A stretch of 64,000 nucleotides of DNA, taken from contig JAVBWN010000012.1 in NCBI GenBank assembly GCA_036677365.1, forward strand, positions 96,001 through 160,000. Direction: 5' to 3'. Position 1 is the stretch's first letter. The number at the start of each line of letters is the position of its first letter. The stretch comes from Acholeplasma sp. (GTDB taxonomy: Bacteria > Bacillota_I > Bacilli_A > Acholeplasmatales > UBA5453). Shown here one piece after another: positions 49,332-60,621 of this stretch. Under the pieces are notes generated by a model. It searched no databases, had not been told where the DNA came from, and worked only from the letters and a program-made list of their open reading frames with translations. Both the position numbers and the translations under genes were made by a program.

Positions 49332-51917
49332 TTATTTTAAAAGGGAAACAATCGATTTACGCATAAACCGTTGAATTGGAAGGATTGTGTAGATAACAAC
49401 AATGATGAATAAGCTAATGATTTGAAGAAATATGCTTACGATAGAAGGTTGTAGATAATCAAAGTAGATGCCAAAGGCGTTTCTCATGAATAGGTTAAAG
49501 CCATGGGTGGAAAGCTGAATAAGTATTATGGATAATACTGAAACCATCCCAGTAATAACGAGGTTTTCTGCCATAAAAATATGGATGATATTTTGAGTAG
49601 AGAAACCGAGGGATCTAAAAATACCTATATGACGACGGTTCTTATCGATGTGGCTTTGAACAAATAAGTAAATCAAAACAATTGAAGTAATCGTAAAAGT
49701 AATCGAGAATACAAATGAGATAAGCGCGGTTAACTGCGTTGTGAGTTTCATTTGACTAACCAAATAAATGGCTGGTGAAGTATATTCATACGTAGGATTC
49801 TCATCCATAAAATCGATGAGCTTAGAAACGTCATCACAAACGATATAAACTTGCTCAATATAATTGAAGTGCTTCAAGATCAAATCTTCATATAGTGTAT
49901 TTGAAATAATGGTATCATGTGTTGTGAAACCGACAATCTCTATCTGATCTAAATAAGTATCACCATCAGTCGATGGCACAATTTTTAAGTTTGAAAAAAC
50001 ATCAACATCGAGTGTATTCAAATAGTTCTTTTTTGTGGATAAATCGAAATAAGCAAAATTATGTTCCAAATCATATAGATTTGTTTCATGGTTCAAAATA
50101 TAACTGACATAATCCATAACCGTAGAAGATGGACCATAATCCAATTTAAACTGTGTTTCTATGGATGGAAAATACGATTGTGCATACGCTTGAATCATTT
50201 CATTTAAAAGATTTGCTGTGGTGAAATAAAACTCGTCTATCGTAATGTTATTAGCAATCAAATAGGTATTTAATCTAATGACCATTTGACGATCAGATAA
50301 TGTATCTAAAGGTTCATTCAACCAAATCACATCATCATTGATTGAATCTAATATTTTGACACTTGGCATCCAATTGCTCAAGTTTTGTGTGACATGGTTT
50401 GATTGTATATCATATTCGATATAATAGTAGTCATTTAAGTTCGCACTATAGCGTTGTGTTATACGGGAAAAACTAAAACTAGTTTCGATGGAATCGACAC
50501 CAGAAAAAGCATCCTTAACAAACACAAAACGCTCAAGTCCACTCGCTTTAAAATCACCAAATTCTGGATTCATTTTTGTGGAATCATCTAACCAATAACG
50601 TTCATTATAGTTTGTATCAAGTACACCTGTGATTACATAGTCTGTATCATCTATAGTGAAGTACTTGCCAATCATGTCATCATAGTTTTGTGGGAAAAAA
50701 GAAGTGTTTTGATGTTGATAACCCAAGGTATGAAAGAATTGAAAGGTATATGAAGTGATCATAACCTCGTTCGAGTTCAAAGGTAAGTTGCCGGTGATCG
50801 AATAACCACTTAATTCAAGAAAAGATGGGTCAATCGACATAAAACCTTCAATGGTTGCATTATTATATATGTCGGTATCAATGAGTGATTCATGAAATCG
50901 AAAAACATGTGGGAAATAAGTATAAAAACCAATCTCTGGATAGTTCATTTTTAGTGTATTCATTTCAGAAACAGTGACATATTGTTTTTGATGGCGATTG
51001 TAACCGACAGATTGATGGTTTATACCCATACTTCTTAGGTTTAATGATTCAAGTGTTTCATGAATCGCTTTGGATTCATTAAACCGAATCCCGGAAAGAC
51101 TGAGTGAGAGGCTCACCATCGATAAAGTCAATGTTAATACGAGAATGATTGATCTCACCCAAAACTGTCTAAATGACTTTAGACCAATCACTACTGAATC
51201 TTTTATGGATAATAAAGAGGATTGAATGTGTGTATCCTCTTGCCCATGAATAAGGTCTGTAGAAACAGGGATGGCACCCTCTTGAAGTCTTAACACATAG
51301 TCACCAAATTGATATGCACTGTCTTCGTTGTGTGTAGCGACAATAACCAAAGTATCCTTTGACAACTTTTGAAGCAGTGTGAAAATTTGTAAGCTTGTGG
51401 CTTCATCCACAGAACCTGTAGGTTCATCAGCAATAATCACTTTAGGTTTTTTAATCAACGCTCTAGCGATGGCTAGACGTTGTTTTTGTCCACCGGACAA
51501 CTGATGAGGTAATTTGGATAAGTCTTCATCAAGTTCTATGTTAGAAAGAATGGTATCTATATCTTGTTGATGATATGTACCATGACTTGCGATACTGGTA
51601 TATTTCATGATATCTAAGATTGTCATCGTTTCAATCATATGATACTCTTGAAAAACAAAGCCAATATGGGTATTTCTAAAAGCATCCATTTCTTTTTGAT
51701 TAAATGTATGAATGGGTAGGTTATCAAAATAGTATTCACCCTGATCTACCACATCCAATCCACCCATGATGTTTAACAAAGTGGATTTACCACTCCCCGA
51801 TTTACCAAGAATACAATATAACCCGGTGTTAGGAAATGATATGTTGACGTCTACAATAACATCTTGTTTATGTCCATTTAGAAAGTAGGATTTATGGATG
51901 TGTTTTAAAGTAATCAT
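49332..51917 (-). CDS. ABC transporter, fused ATP-binding and FtsX-type permease
   Basis: GKSGSGKST, LSGGQKQR, ADEPTG, ATHN; IGIFRSLG in the C-terminal TM region. Confidence 0.92.
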   Translation of the reverse strand: MITLKHIHKSYFLNGHKQDVIVDVNISFPNTGLYCILGKSGSGKSTLLNIMGGLDVVDQGEYYFDNLPIHTFNQKEMDAFRNTHIGFVFQEYHMIETMTILDIMKYTSIASHGTYHQQDIDTILSNIELDEDLSKLPHQLSGGQKQRLAIARALIKKPKVIIADEPTGSVDEATSLQIFTLLQKLSKDTLVIVATHNEDSAYQFGDYVLRLQEGAIPVSTDLIHGQEDTHIQSSLLSIKDSVVIGLKSFRQFWVRSIILVLTLTLSMVSLSLSLSGIRFNESKAIHETLESLNLRSMGINHQSVGYNRHQKQYVTVSEMNTLKMNYPEIGFYTYFPHVFRFHESLIDTDIYNNATIEGFMSIDPSFLELSGYSITGNLPLNSNEVMITSYTFQFFHTLGYQHQNTSFFPQNYDDMIGKYFTIDDTDYVITGVLDTNYNERYWLDDSTKMNPEFGDFKASGLERFVFVKDAFSGVDSIETSFSFSRITQRYSANLNDYYYIEYDIQSNHVTQNLSNWMPSVKILDSINDDVIWLNEPLDTLSDRQMVIRLNTYLIANNITIDEFYFTTANLLNEMIQAYAQSYFPSIETQFKLDYGPSSTVMDYVSYILNHETNLYDLEHNFAYFDLSTKKNYLNTLDVDVFSNLKIVPSTDGDTYLDQIEIVGFTTHDTIISNTLYEDLILKHFNYIEQVYIVCDDVSKLIDFMDENPTYEYTSPAIYLVSQMKLTTQLTALISFVFSITFTITSIVLIYLFVQSHIDKNRRHIGIFRSLGFSTQNIIHIFMAENLVITGMVSVLSIILIQLSTHGFNLFMRNAFGIYFDYLQPSIVSIFLQIISLFIIVVIYTILPIQRFMRKSIVSLLK

Positions 51918-52113
51918 AATTTAAAGTCCTTTGCAGTAGGTATCATAGATTTGTAAAATATTAGAATTGGTTCATTTATAACCATTATACCATTACTTGA
52001 TTAAGAGTAAACAAACAACATGAAATCATTCATGAATCCTAAATAGTTCATCAAAAAATCCTGTCAAAATGATTGAATTATTATTCTAGAAGCATAATTA
52101 CACAGTACAGTCT

Positions 52114-52144
52114 AAATGAAAAGCACCAGCAATTTTGCCGGTGC
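52114..52144 (-). terminator. guaA terminator; 31-bp direct repeat copy 2
   Basis: Minus strand GCACCGGCA-aaat-TGCTGGTGC-TTTT, 6 bp after the guaA stop. Confidence 0.85.
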
Positions 52145-52150
52145 TTGTTT

Positions 52151-53680
52151 TTATTCCCACTCAATCGTGCCAGGTGGCTTAGAGGTGATGTCATAAACCA
52201 CACGTCCAACGCCTTTGACCTCATTGGTAATTCTTGAGGATACTTTGGATAATACATCGTAAGGGATGTGGGCGAAATCCGCGGTCATCCCGTCTATGGA
52301 TGTCACTGCACGAATTGCCAACACATATTCATAACTGCGGTTATCGCCTTTGACACCCACCGTTTTAATGGGTGTTAATACCGTGAAGTATTGCCACACG
52401 GATTGGTTCAAACCGTGGGCTAAGAACTCATCTCTTAAGATTTGATCGCTGTCAGCGACGATCTTCAATTTTTCTTCTGTGACGTCCCCTATGATTCTAA
52501 TGGATAACCCAGGACCCGGGAATGGTTGTCTTTGAACCAAAGCTTCTGGTAATCCTAGCGCTTGACCAAGCTTTCTAACTTCATCTTTAAACAAGGTATT
52601 TAAAGGTTCAATCAGCTTTAGATTCATCTCTTTGGGTAACCCACCCACATTGTGGTGAGACTTAATCGTTTTCGCATGCTTGGTCCCAGATTCAATCAAA
52701 TCGGTATATAATGTGCCTTGTGCAAGAAAAGTTGCGTTCTTTAATTTCTTGGTTTCAGCTTCAAAGACTTCAATGAAAGTCTTACCAATGATTTTTCGCT
52801 TATCTTCGGGATTTTCTACCCCTTTGAGTTTTTCTAAGAATAGTCCTTTCGCATCCACAACCACCAAATTCAAATCGAAGTTGTGGGTAAAATAGTCAGA
52901 CACTTCACGGCCTTCGTTTTTTCTGAGTAAACCATGGTCTACAAAGATACAAGTGAGTTGTTTACCGATGGCTTTATCGAGTAAGGCAGCAGCCACACTC
53001 GAGTCCACGCCACCGGATAAACCAAGGATGACTTGTTGGTCTAAAACAGTATTTCTAATCTTTTGAACTTGTTCATCGATGAAGGTATCCATTGTCGAGT
53101 TACGATGGGCTTTTGTCAATTTTACAAAGTTTTCTAACATCCACATCCCGTGTTCGGTATGGGTCACTTCCGGGTGAAATTGAATCCCAAACAACGGTTT
53201 GAACATGTGTTTCATCATGACATGAGGTGTCGATGTGCTTTGTGCGGTGGATTCAAAAAATGCGGGTAATACTTTGACTTGATCCCCATGGCTCATCCAT
53301 ACCGATGTGGTTTGTCCTAACCCTTCGATTAAAGGGTTTTTAGCGGTGAGTTCAATCGTGGTTTTACCAAATTCATGATGCTTACTACCTTCGACATACC
53401 CACCCAAACGGTGTGCCATCAGTTGCATCCCATAACAAATCCCTAAGATAGGGATATTTAAATCAAACAGCCCTTTTGGTACTGAAAAACTATCAGCGTC
53501 ATACACCGAGTGTGGACCACCCGATAAGATGATGCCTTTAAGATGAGTATCTTGTTTGAGTATTTCTAAATCGATGTCGTGTGGGACGAGTTCGCTGTAT
53601 ACGCCAAGTTCGCGAATGCGTCTGACAATCAGTTGATTGTATTGACTACCAAAGTCTAAAACAATGATTTTATCAGTCAT
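52151..53680 (-). CDS. guaA: GMP synthase (glutamine-hydrolysing)
   Basis: [47 protein letters not shown]. Confidence 0.98.
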   Translation of the reverse strand: MTDKIIVLDFGSQYNQLIVRRIRELGVYSELVPHDIDLEILKQDTHLKGIILSGGPHSVYDADSFSVPKGLFDLNIPILGICYGMQLMAHRLGGYVEGSKHHEFGKTTIELTAKNPLIEGLGQTTSVWMSHGDQVKVLPAFFESTAQSTSTPHVMMKHMFKPLFGIQFHPEVTHTEHGMWMLENFVKLTKAHRNSTMDTFIDEQVQKIRNTVLDQQVILGLSGGVDSSVAAALLDKAIGKQLTCIFVDHGLLRKNEGREVSDYFTHNFDLNLVVVDAKGLFLEKLKGVENPEDKRKIIGKTFIEVFEAETKKLKNATFLAQGTLYTDLIESGTKHAKTIKSHHNVGGLPKEMNLKLIEPLNTLFKDEVRKLGQALGLPEALVQRQPFPGPGLSIRIIGDVTEEKLKIVADSDQILRDEFLAHGLNQSVWQYFTVLTPIKTVGVKGDNRSYEYVLAIRAVTSIDGMTADFAHIPYDVLSKVSSRITNEVKGVGRVVYDITSKPPGTIEWE

Positions 53681-54800
53681 GGTAGTTTGGGGATGCTTTC
53701 ATGTGTTTTACATCGTGGGGATGGGATTCTTTCAATCCAGCATGGGTAATTTTCATAAATCTGGCGTATAGTTTCATGTCTTCAATGGTTTTACACCCAC
53801 AATAACCCATCCCTGAACGTAAGCCACCCATCATTTGATAAATCACATCATGGATAGGACCTTTATAAGGGACACAAGCTTCAATGCCTTCAGGCACCAA
53901 CTTGTTGAGTTCTTTGACCCCACCTTGGAAGTAGCGGTCAGAAGACCCTCGTTGCATGGCGGTTAAAGACCCCATGCCAATGTAGGTTTTGTATTTTAAA
54001 CCATCTTTTTCAAATACCTCACCAGGGGATTCACTACAGCCAGCGAGTAAACTGCCCATCATCACACAGTCAGCACCTGCAGCGAGTGCTTTCGGGATGT
54101 CACCAGAAAGCTTAATCCCACCATCAGCGATGATCCCAACTTTATATTGTTTCGCAACCGAATACACATCGTTGATAGCGGATAGTTGTGGGACACCTAC
54201 TCCGGCAACCACACGGGTGGTACAAATCGACCCTGGACCAACCCCCACTTTTAAACAGGTTGCGCCAGCATAGATGAGGTCGATGGCTGCTTGTGCAGTG
54301 ACTATGTTCCCACCAATGATGTCTAAATCTGGGTATTTGTGACGTATCGATTTGATGGTTTCAATCACGCCTTTAGAATGACCGTGGGCTGAATCTACCG
54401 CGATGATATCGACCCCTGCAGATACCAACGCATCGATGCGTTCTAAGGTATTCTTAGATACACCCACCGCTGCCCCAACACGTAAACGACCCAATTCATC
54501 TTTGGTTGCGTCGGTTTCATTAAATGTGGCTGATTTAACCAGTTGTATTTCTTTGACTTGGTCTTCAATCGACATATTTTTATGTATGATGCCTAAGCCA
54601 CCCAGTTTCGCTAAAGCGATGGCCATCGTAGACTCTGTCACGGTGTCCATCGCTGCCGATAACACTGGGATGGCTAACGAGATCTTTTTAGTCAATTTCG
54701 TATCGAGTTTGACTTGAATCGGTACGACCTCAGAATATGATGGAACCAACAATAAATCATCAAATGTATAACCCTCAGCGGTTATTTTTTCTTTTAACAT
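53673..54800 (-). CDS. guaB: IMP dehydrogenase lacking the CBS subdomain
   Basis: [44 protein letters not shown]; only 375 aa. Confidence 0.96.
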   Translation of the reverse strand: MLKEKITAEGYTFDDLLLVPSYSEVVPIQVKLDTKLTKKISLAIPVLSAAMDTVTESTMAIALAKLGGLGIIHKNMSIEDQVKEIQLVKSATFNETDATKDELGRLRVGAAVGVSKNTLERIDALVSAGVDIIAVDSAHGHSKGVIETIKSIRHKYPDLDIIGGNIVTAQAAIDLIYAGATCLKVGVGPGSICTTRVVAGVGVPQLSAINDVYSVAKQYKVGIIADGGIKLSGDIPKALAAGADCVMMGSLLAGCSESPGEVFEKDGLKYKTYIGMGSLTAMQRGSSDRYFQGGVKELNKLVPEGIEACVPYKGPIHDVIYQMMGGLRSGMGYCGCKTIEDMKLYARFMKITHAGLKESHPHDVKHMKASPNYHD

Positions 54801-54971
54801 GAACCCTATCCCCCTTATTTATCAGCCATTTTATCATAGATAAGGGTAAAATAACCCAGTAAAATTGTAAAATAAGGGCTTAAGCGGTTTCACTGGGATT
54901 GATGATTTCATGATTCGGTGTTACAATCAAAAAAGAAGTTCATCGATACTAAATAAAGAAGGTAATGAAAA

Positions 54972-55751
54972 ATGAATAGAAAAAATGTGTTATGGTTTTT
55001 GGGTTTACTATTGGCTTGGCTTTCTTACATCCCACTGGGGTTTCTGATTGTAGAAACCAACGCCTTTGGACAATTGTATGAAAGTTTAAATTTATCACAA
55101 TCCAGTTTACGTTATTACATCACAGAGAATGCGTTTGATATGGCATTTATGGGCATCTTAACGATTGGTTTATTCATCCTATTGATCAATCGTTTTAAAT
55201 ACACCCAGGCAGTTCACTTTAAAATAACAACCATCACTAAAGTGGTTGTTTTGAGTGCTGTGATGATTTCAATCTTAGGTATGGTCATTCAAGTGTTATT
55301 CGCAGGGTCTAACCATCCCTTACATGCCTATATTGGCGAATACATCAAACAATTGTTGTGGGTTGGGATGGTTGAAGAATTGATCTTTAGAGGGTATATA
55401 TTCATTGAACTATTGAAATTGAAATCCTCTAAGTTTAAGTTAATATATATCGTTTTAATATCGGCTTTTATGTTTTCTATCATTCATTTACCAGCCTATT
55501 TCTTATACAACAGCCAATATGATTTATTATCCATTGTTTGGAATTTGATTTTCCCATTTTCCATTGGGGTCTTATATGCGTATCTTTTATATATGAATAA
55601 TGACATCATTTCGCTCATCTTCATTCACACAACCTCAAACATGATTTCATATTACACTGGTATCATGGGTACGGTGTGGCTAGTATTATTTTGGGTGGGA
55701 TTGGGTTATTACACCTATCATTCATATAAAACATATCTTCAAAACAAATAA
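54972..55751 (+). CDS. CPBP (CAAX/Rce1-like) intramembrane glutamic protease
   Basis: EELIFRG, FSIIH, HTTSN; multi-TM. Confidence 0.88.
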   Translation: MNRKNVLWFLGLLLAWLSYIPLGFLIVETNAFGQLYESLNLSQSSLRYYITENAFDMAFMGILTIGLFILLINRFKYTQAVHFKITTITKVVVLSAVMISILGMVIQVLFAGSNHPLHAYIGEYIKQLLWVGMVEELIFRGYIFIELLKLKSSKFKLIYIVLISAFMFSIIHLPAYFLYNSQYDLLSIVWNLIFPFSIGVLYAYLLYMNNDIISLIFIHTTSNMISYYTGIMGTVWLVLFWVGLGYYTYHSYKTYLQNK

Positions 55752-55800
55752 AGAAGTGCTACTACAGAACAGCATAAGTCAACGATTAGGATATAAAAAT

Positions 55801-55863
55801 AAAAAAACAGAAGCAGTAATCTGGCCTTCTGTTTTTTGAAACTCGATATGAGTTTTCAGGACA
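55801..55863 (-). ncRNA. Putative small structured RNA, downstream copy (candidate Abi antitoxin RNA)
   Basis: Own promoter TTGCAT-17-TATAAT (55897-55869); hairpin TGAAAACTC-atatc-GAGTTTCA, then terminator hairpin and U-run. Confidence 0.7.
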
Positions 55864-55903
55864 TGATTATTATATCACGAGGAATTTTTGTATGCAAAAC
55901 AAA

Positions 55904-56845
55904 TTACTTGAAAGTTGACTGAACAGTTTTACAATCAGATGATAAACCTAAGCTTAGCAACAGTGAGTTAACATTCACTGATCCTTTCTTATTGTAATGA
56001 GCAATCTCTAGTATATTTCGCATTATCGACTTAAAAAAAGTTATATTATCTTGCAACAAGTACGAACAATGGGCAATAGTAGCGAATAATGAAACTTTAT
56101 TTTTATTGAGAATAAAGTGCGGATTGTAAATGTATGGATGAAATTTTGAATTGGAGATTTTTTTCCCCTTTAAAGTATCAAAATCAAGAATAAACTCACC
56201 ATGTGCACAGGCATTTCTCAAGTAGTTTAGCTTCTCTACCACATTATTGAATTCAGAGATTTTTAAATCAAAACTGTTTACAATGCGCTCTTTAATGTCT
56301 TTATTTAGTAACTTGAAAAAGGTCCTAATTTGTCCGAATGTTAAATAGTGAGCAATTACGAATGGTGGCACAGATTCAATGGTAGAAAAATGATATTTAG
56401 CATCTAAATTTTTTTTCTTTTTCGCATAGACTGTCCAGCATTCATCAATAAAAGCAGTTTTTACCGCATTACGATCTTCATCAGTGCCTGTATTAGGGTA
56501 GTCAAAGACATCTACAATAAATGAGTTTATTGTAAAATATGCATAACCATTATCTTTACAATAATATGAATACTCATCTGCAATTTTGTTTCTGATAATT
56601 CTCTCACATCTAAGCACTAACAATAAGACTTCTTTAGAAATTTTTTCATTGGTTTCCTCTAGCCACTTGTAATCTTGAACGGTAAAGAAGGCTAATTTAC
56701 CATCGTGAAAAAGATATTTCTCATAGTTATGGTTAATTAGGTAATAGCTGGTTGTTTTCAAATAAGCTTCAATTTCTTTCTTAGTTGAAATACAACCTTT
56801 TTCAATTTGTCGATTTACTTGTCCTTCTAAAGTTAATGGCTCCAT
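55904..56845 (-). CDS. Abi family (AbiD/AbiF, Abi_2) HEPN protein
   Basis: LTLEGQV, SYY, CERIIR, PPFVIAHYLTFGQ, LRNACAHG. Confidence 0.85.
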   Translation of the reverse strand: MEPLTLEGQVNRQIEKGCISTKKEIEAYLKTTSYYLINHNYEKYLFHDGKLAFFTVQDYKWLEETNEKISKEVLLLVLRCERIIRNKIADEYSYYCKDNGYAYFTINSFIVDVFDYPNTGTDEDRNAVKTAFIDECWTVYAKKKKNLDAKYHFSTIESVPPFVIAHYLTFGQIRTFFKLLNKDIKERIVNSFDLKISEFNNVVEKLNYLRNACAHGEFILDFDTLKGKKISNSKFHPYIYNPHFILNKNKVSLFATIAHCSYLLQDNITFFKSIMRNILEIAHYNKKGSVNVNSLLLSLGLSSDCKTVQSTFK

Positions 56846-56892
56846 ATGTTCACACCTCTAAAGTTTATATATTAGGTATATTATAACATAAT

Positions 56893-56956
56893 AAAAAAAA
56901 CAGAAGCAGTAATCTGGCCTTCTGTTTTTTGAAACCATCAATCGGTTTCAGGACAT
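56893..56956 (-). ncRNA. Putative small structured RNA, upstream copy (candidate Abi antitoxin RNA)
   Basis: Own promoter TTGACT-17-TATTAT (56990-56962); hairpin TGAAACC-gattgat-GGTTTCA; 42 nt identical to the downstream copy. Confidence 0.7.
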
Positions 56957-57114
56957 AATCAATAATACCATAACGTGATTTTGTAGTCAATCCATTTTAG
57001 AACAAACTAAAAAAAATGCAAAATTGTAGAATAAGTATAATCTATATTCTATGAAAAGCGTATAAGATAGAATAATACAATGATTATTCGTTTATTTTCT
57101 AGTATAATGATATA

Positions 57115-58278
57115 GTGAAGGTGAAAGAAATGGATAAATTTGTAAGTTACGAAAAACGATTCTATAACCCTGAATTTACGGATACAAAGTTAGCGAAAAG
57201 AAAAAGAATGATGACAGATAAGCCTTATCTAAGTGCTACTATTAAGGATTTATCCCAAATAAAGATAGAAATCAGTCAAGAAACACAAGATTTGTTACTA
57301 GACTCGGTAGAAGGTTTAGCAAGACTTGATGGATATGTTCATCATTATCGAGATTTAATTTCTATGGTCATGCTAAGAGCTGAAGCTTTATCTAGTTCAC
57401 AAATAGAACATTATAGTGCCTCTAATCGAAGCGTGGCATTGGCACAAATTCACAAAAAGCAATCCACAGAAGCCATGATCATCAAATCCAACTTAGAGTC
57501 TTTGATTTTAGGTATTTCATCAAAAGAACCACTAGATACAAGTAAAATCATCCAATTGAATCAAACACTTTTAAAAAATCCAACCATGGACGTGCGTACC
57601 CGAATCAATTGGATTGGGACACCCAATTCTATACCCCATGAAGCAACCTATGTGCCACCACACCCTGAGCATCTTAATTTGTTTATGAGTCAGTTCATAG
57701 CTTTTTGTAATAGAAATGACATGCACCCATTGATTCAGTCAGCTATAGCTCATGCCTATTTTGAACTCATTCATCCATTCGAAGATGGAAATGGTCGTGT
57801 TGGCAGAATACTCATTCAGTGTTTATTAAGAGAAAAGCAGTTTTTAGAATTTCTTTCAATGCCATTTTCTGTAGGGATTGTTCATGATCAAGTCAGGTAC
57901 ATTCAAGCACTAAATGATTTTAAAGAAGGCAATTATGAGACCATCATTATTGTGCTATTAGAAAACACATTATACCTCGTACCCAAAGTGTATGATACAC
58001 TAGAAAAACTCATAAAACTCAAACAAAACTGGAAAGCCAAATTGAACATTCGACAAGATGCCCTAGCATGGAAAATACTGGATGATTTGATTGCACAACC
58101 CGTCATTGATGTAAAATATATTAGAGAAAAACACCAAGCCAATGATCAAGCTGTCAGAAATAACATACAAACGCTTGTGAATGTAGGTATCTTAAACATC
58201 ATAGGTAACGATAGTCGTGATGTTGCTTATGAATCCATTGAGGTATTGGATTTATTAGACCAATTCTCTAAAAAATAA
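57115..58278 (+). CDS. Fic family protein
   Basis: HPFEDGNGRVGR active-site motif; EALSSSQIE inhibitory-helix-like motif. Confidence 0.93.
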   Translation: MKVKEMDKFVSYEKRFYNPEFTDTKLAKRKRMMTDKPYLSATIKDLSQIKIEISQETQDLLLDSVEGLARLDGYVHHYRDLISMVMLRAEALSSSQIEHYSASNRSVALAQIHKKQSTEAMIIKSNLESLILGISSKEPLDTSKIIQLNQTLLKNPTMDVRTRINWIGTPNSIPHEATYVPPHPEHLNLFMSQFIAFCNRNDMHPLIQSAIAHAYFELIHPFEDGNGRVGRILIQCLLREKQFLEFLSMPFSVGIVHDQVRYIQALNDFKEGNYETIIIVLLENTLYLVPKVYDTLEKLIKLKQNWKAKLNIRQDALAWKILDDLIAQPVIDVKYIREKHQANDQAVRNNIQTLVNVGILNIIGNDSRDVAYESIEVLDLLDQFSKK

Positions 58279-58362
58279 ATCAGAACCTGTCATTTAGCGA
58301 AGTATTCTCACCAATAAATAAAAGCATTTTATCGTATATTATATGTAAGAAAGGATGACATC

Positions 58363-60621
58363 ATGAAAAGAGTATGGATTTTCTTTATCCTAATGATGAG
58401 CATAGTGAGCATGTATGGTCACTTTTTTAGTCATGAAGCTCATGATGTGAACACCTTCACCTTGTTATATGAGACCACGGATTTATCAGAACTCGATGGG
58501 TATATTCAAACCCATGATATGGTTATCCAAGATTATGATGGTAGAATCGCTGAAATTATGTATACAGGGACTGCTATAGATAAACTCATTGAAGATGGTT
58601 TCGTGTATGAGGGAATTTATTCAACTCAAAACCCACCATGGGTTAAACCCATCGTCAATGACCCTTATTTTCCAAATCAATATGCTTTAAAACTAACCAA
58701 TACCGACGATGCTTGGGGTATTACTACGGGTTCAAGTGCGGTTACTGTCGCCATCATCGATACAGGCATTGATGTCGATCACCCGGAATTTACAGGTAGA
58801 GTATCTGAATTATCGTATAACGCTGTTACCCAAATGGTTGGCTTAGAAGCGGTAGAAGATGATCAAGGCCACGGAACCATGGTGGCAGGTGTCATCGGTG
58901 CGAATTCAAACAACAGCACAGGGGTTGCTGGGGTAACCAATGCTGTACAGTTGATGGTTATCAAAGCCAATGAAGCGGGTGAGGATACGTTTAAAGATTC
59001 TGACATCATTCGAGGGATCTATTATGCCGTGGACAATGGTGCAGACATCATCAACTTATCCATAGGTAGCACTTATGCGAACCCACTCACCAAAAAAGCA
59101 TTAGATTACGCACTAGAAAAGAATGTCCTAGTTGTCGCTTCATCCGGTAATGATGGTGAAAACATCAAGATATACCCAGCCTCCTTTGACACAGTCATTT
59201 CAGTGGGGTCTGTCGATCAATATTCAAATCTATCCTCATTTTCCAATTATAACGATAAAGTCGATGTGGTCGCCCCAGGTAGCGGGATTGTAACGACCAA
59301 CCGTGCGAATACATATTCAACCGTTAACGGAACATCCTTTTCAAGTCCTTATGTGGCGGGGATCGCTGCTTTATACAAGAGTTTACACCCAGAAGCAACC
59401 GTAGCTCATTTAACCGATGTCATCACATCCACGGCCAAAGATTTGGGTACCACCGGGTATGATATCCAATATGGTCATGGCTTAATTGATGCTTTAGCGA
59501 TGGTCTCACTTTCTTATATCCAAGTGACTGTGGATTACCCACTCGATATTCCTAGCAGTTATTATTACGTGACCTCAGGTGGTACCATCAGTATTGAAAG
59601 ACCACCGGTCATCGATTACTATGAGTTTGTTGGTTGGTACTTAGATGAAGCTTATCAAATCCCATATGAATCTACCTATGCTTTTACAACGAATACCACG
59701 ATCTATGCGTATTATCGTAAAACCCATGGGGTCATCACTTGGGTGATTGATGAACAAATCGTATCCACAGAAACCCTTTCGTTAGGGTCACTACCAACAC
59801 CACCCGATACCAATTTACCAGGTGTCACATTCTATGGCTGGTATTTGGATGAAGCCTATACCCAGCCCGTCACAGACTTCATGGTAACGGATGATCAAAC
59901 CTATTATGGGTATTATCAAGTTCAATATTTTGAACTACAATACCTCGCAGAAGACCATACCACCCTATTGTCCATCATTCAGTATTCTAGTATTGAACCC
60001 ATCGAATGGATGGCGGGTCCTGAAAAACCTTCGGATTTATATTATAATTACACATTCATCGGTTGGACAGAAGCGGTTCTATATGAATCCGAAATTGTGT
60101 ATGTCTATCCTATCTATAAAAAAGTCTTGAAGCCCGATTTGTCAGGGTTAAACCCTGGGGTAGATACCATCATTGAAGGACAAACTTATATCGATACAGG
60201 GATCTTTGTTTTAGTTGAGGGTTTAACCGTTCAAACGGTGGGTTCGATTGATTCGACTGAAGTTGGGGTTCAAACCTTGACTTATGAGATATACGACGGT
60301 GAAACCCTGGTGTATACCTTAATCCGAAAGATTCGAGTATTGACCGATAATCGATTGGTGGTTACCCTCAATAAAGCGATCACGACTTTATATGTCGGTG
60401 ATGATTATGTGGACCGAGGGGTCACCTATAATAAAGGTATCTTGGTCAAAACAGGTGAAGTCGACATCTCTAAAACAGGCATATATAAAATCACCTACAC
60501 CGTCACGTATCGTGACCAAGTGGTGGTAAAATCAAGGTATGTCATCGTGCTCGCTAGAGAAATCGAAACCCCTGTAGGCTATATACCGAGTAGAAAAGAG
60601 GATGACATCAATGAAAGCTAA
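58363..60621 (+). CDS. Secreted S8 subtilisin-like protease with InlB B-repeats and DUF5011 domains
   Basis: IIDTG, HGTMVAG, NGTSFSSP triad; two F.GWYLDEAY repeats; C-terminal Ig-like repeats. Confidence 0.92.
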   Translation: MKRVWIFFILMMSIVSMYGHFFSHEAHDVNTFTLLYETTDLSELDGYIQTHDMVIQDYDGRIAEIMYTGTAIDKLIEDGFVYEGIYSTQNPPWVKPIVNDPYFPNQYALKLTNTDDAWGITTGSSAVTVAIIDTGIDVDHPEFTGRVSELSYNAVTQMVGLEAVEDDQGHGTMVAGVIGANSNNSTGVAGVTNAVQLMVIKANEAGEDTFKDSDIIRGIYYAVDNGADIINLSIGSTYANPLTKKALDYALEKNVLVVASSGNDGENIKIYPASFDTVISVGSVDQYSNLSSFSNYNDKVDVVAPGSGIVTTNRANTYSTVNGTSFSSPYVAGIAALYKSLHPEATVAHLTDVITSTAKDLGTTGYDIQYGHGLIDALAMVSLSYIQVTVDYPLDIPSSYYYVTSGGTISIERPPVIDYYEFVGWYLDEAYQIPYESTYAFTTNTTIYAYYRKTHGVITWVIDEQIVSTETLSLGSLPTPPDTNLPGVTFYGWYLDEAYTQPVTDFMVTDDQTYYGYYQVQYFELQYLAEDHTTLLSIIQYSSIEPIEWMAGPEKPSDLYYNYTFIGWTEAVLYESEIVYVYPIYKKVLKPDLSGLNPGVDTIIEGQTYIDTGIFVLVEGLTVQTVGSIDSTEVGVQTLTYEIYDGETLVYTLIRKIRVLTDNRLVVTLNKAITTLYVGDDYVDRGVTYNKGILVKTGEVDISKTGIYKITYTVTYRDQVVVKSRYVIVLAREIETPVGYIPSRKEDDINES

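Noticed and set aside
53673..54800. guaB as a truncated pseudogene
   Set aside because: All catalytic motifs are present; the shortfall matches a clean absence of the CBS subdomain, a known natural variant.
54800..54972. Purine riboswitch upstream of guaB
   Set aside because: Short divergent intergenic region with no recognisable aptamer core or terminator.
55801..56956. CRISPR array or IS ends
   Set aside because: Only two direct copies about 1.1 kb apart, no spacers, no cas or transposase gene. No CRISPR array was seen anywhere in the window.
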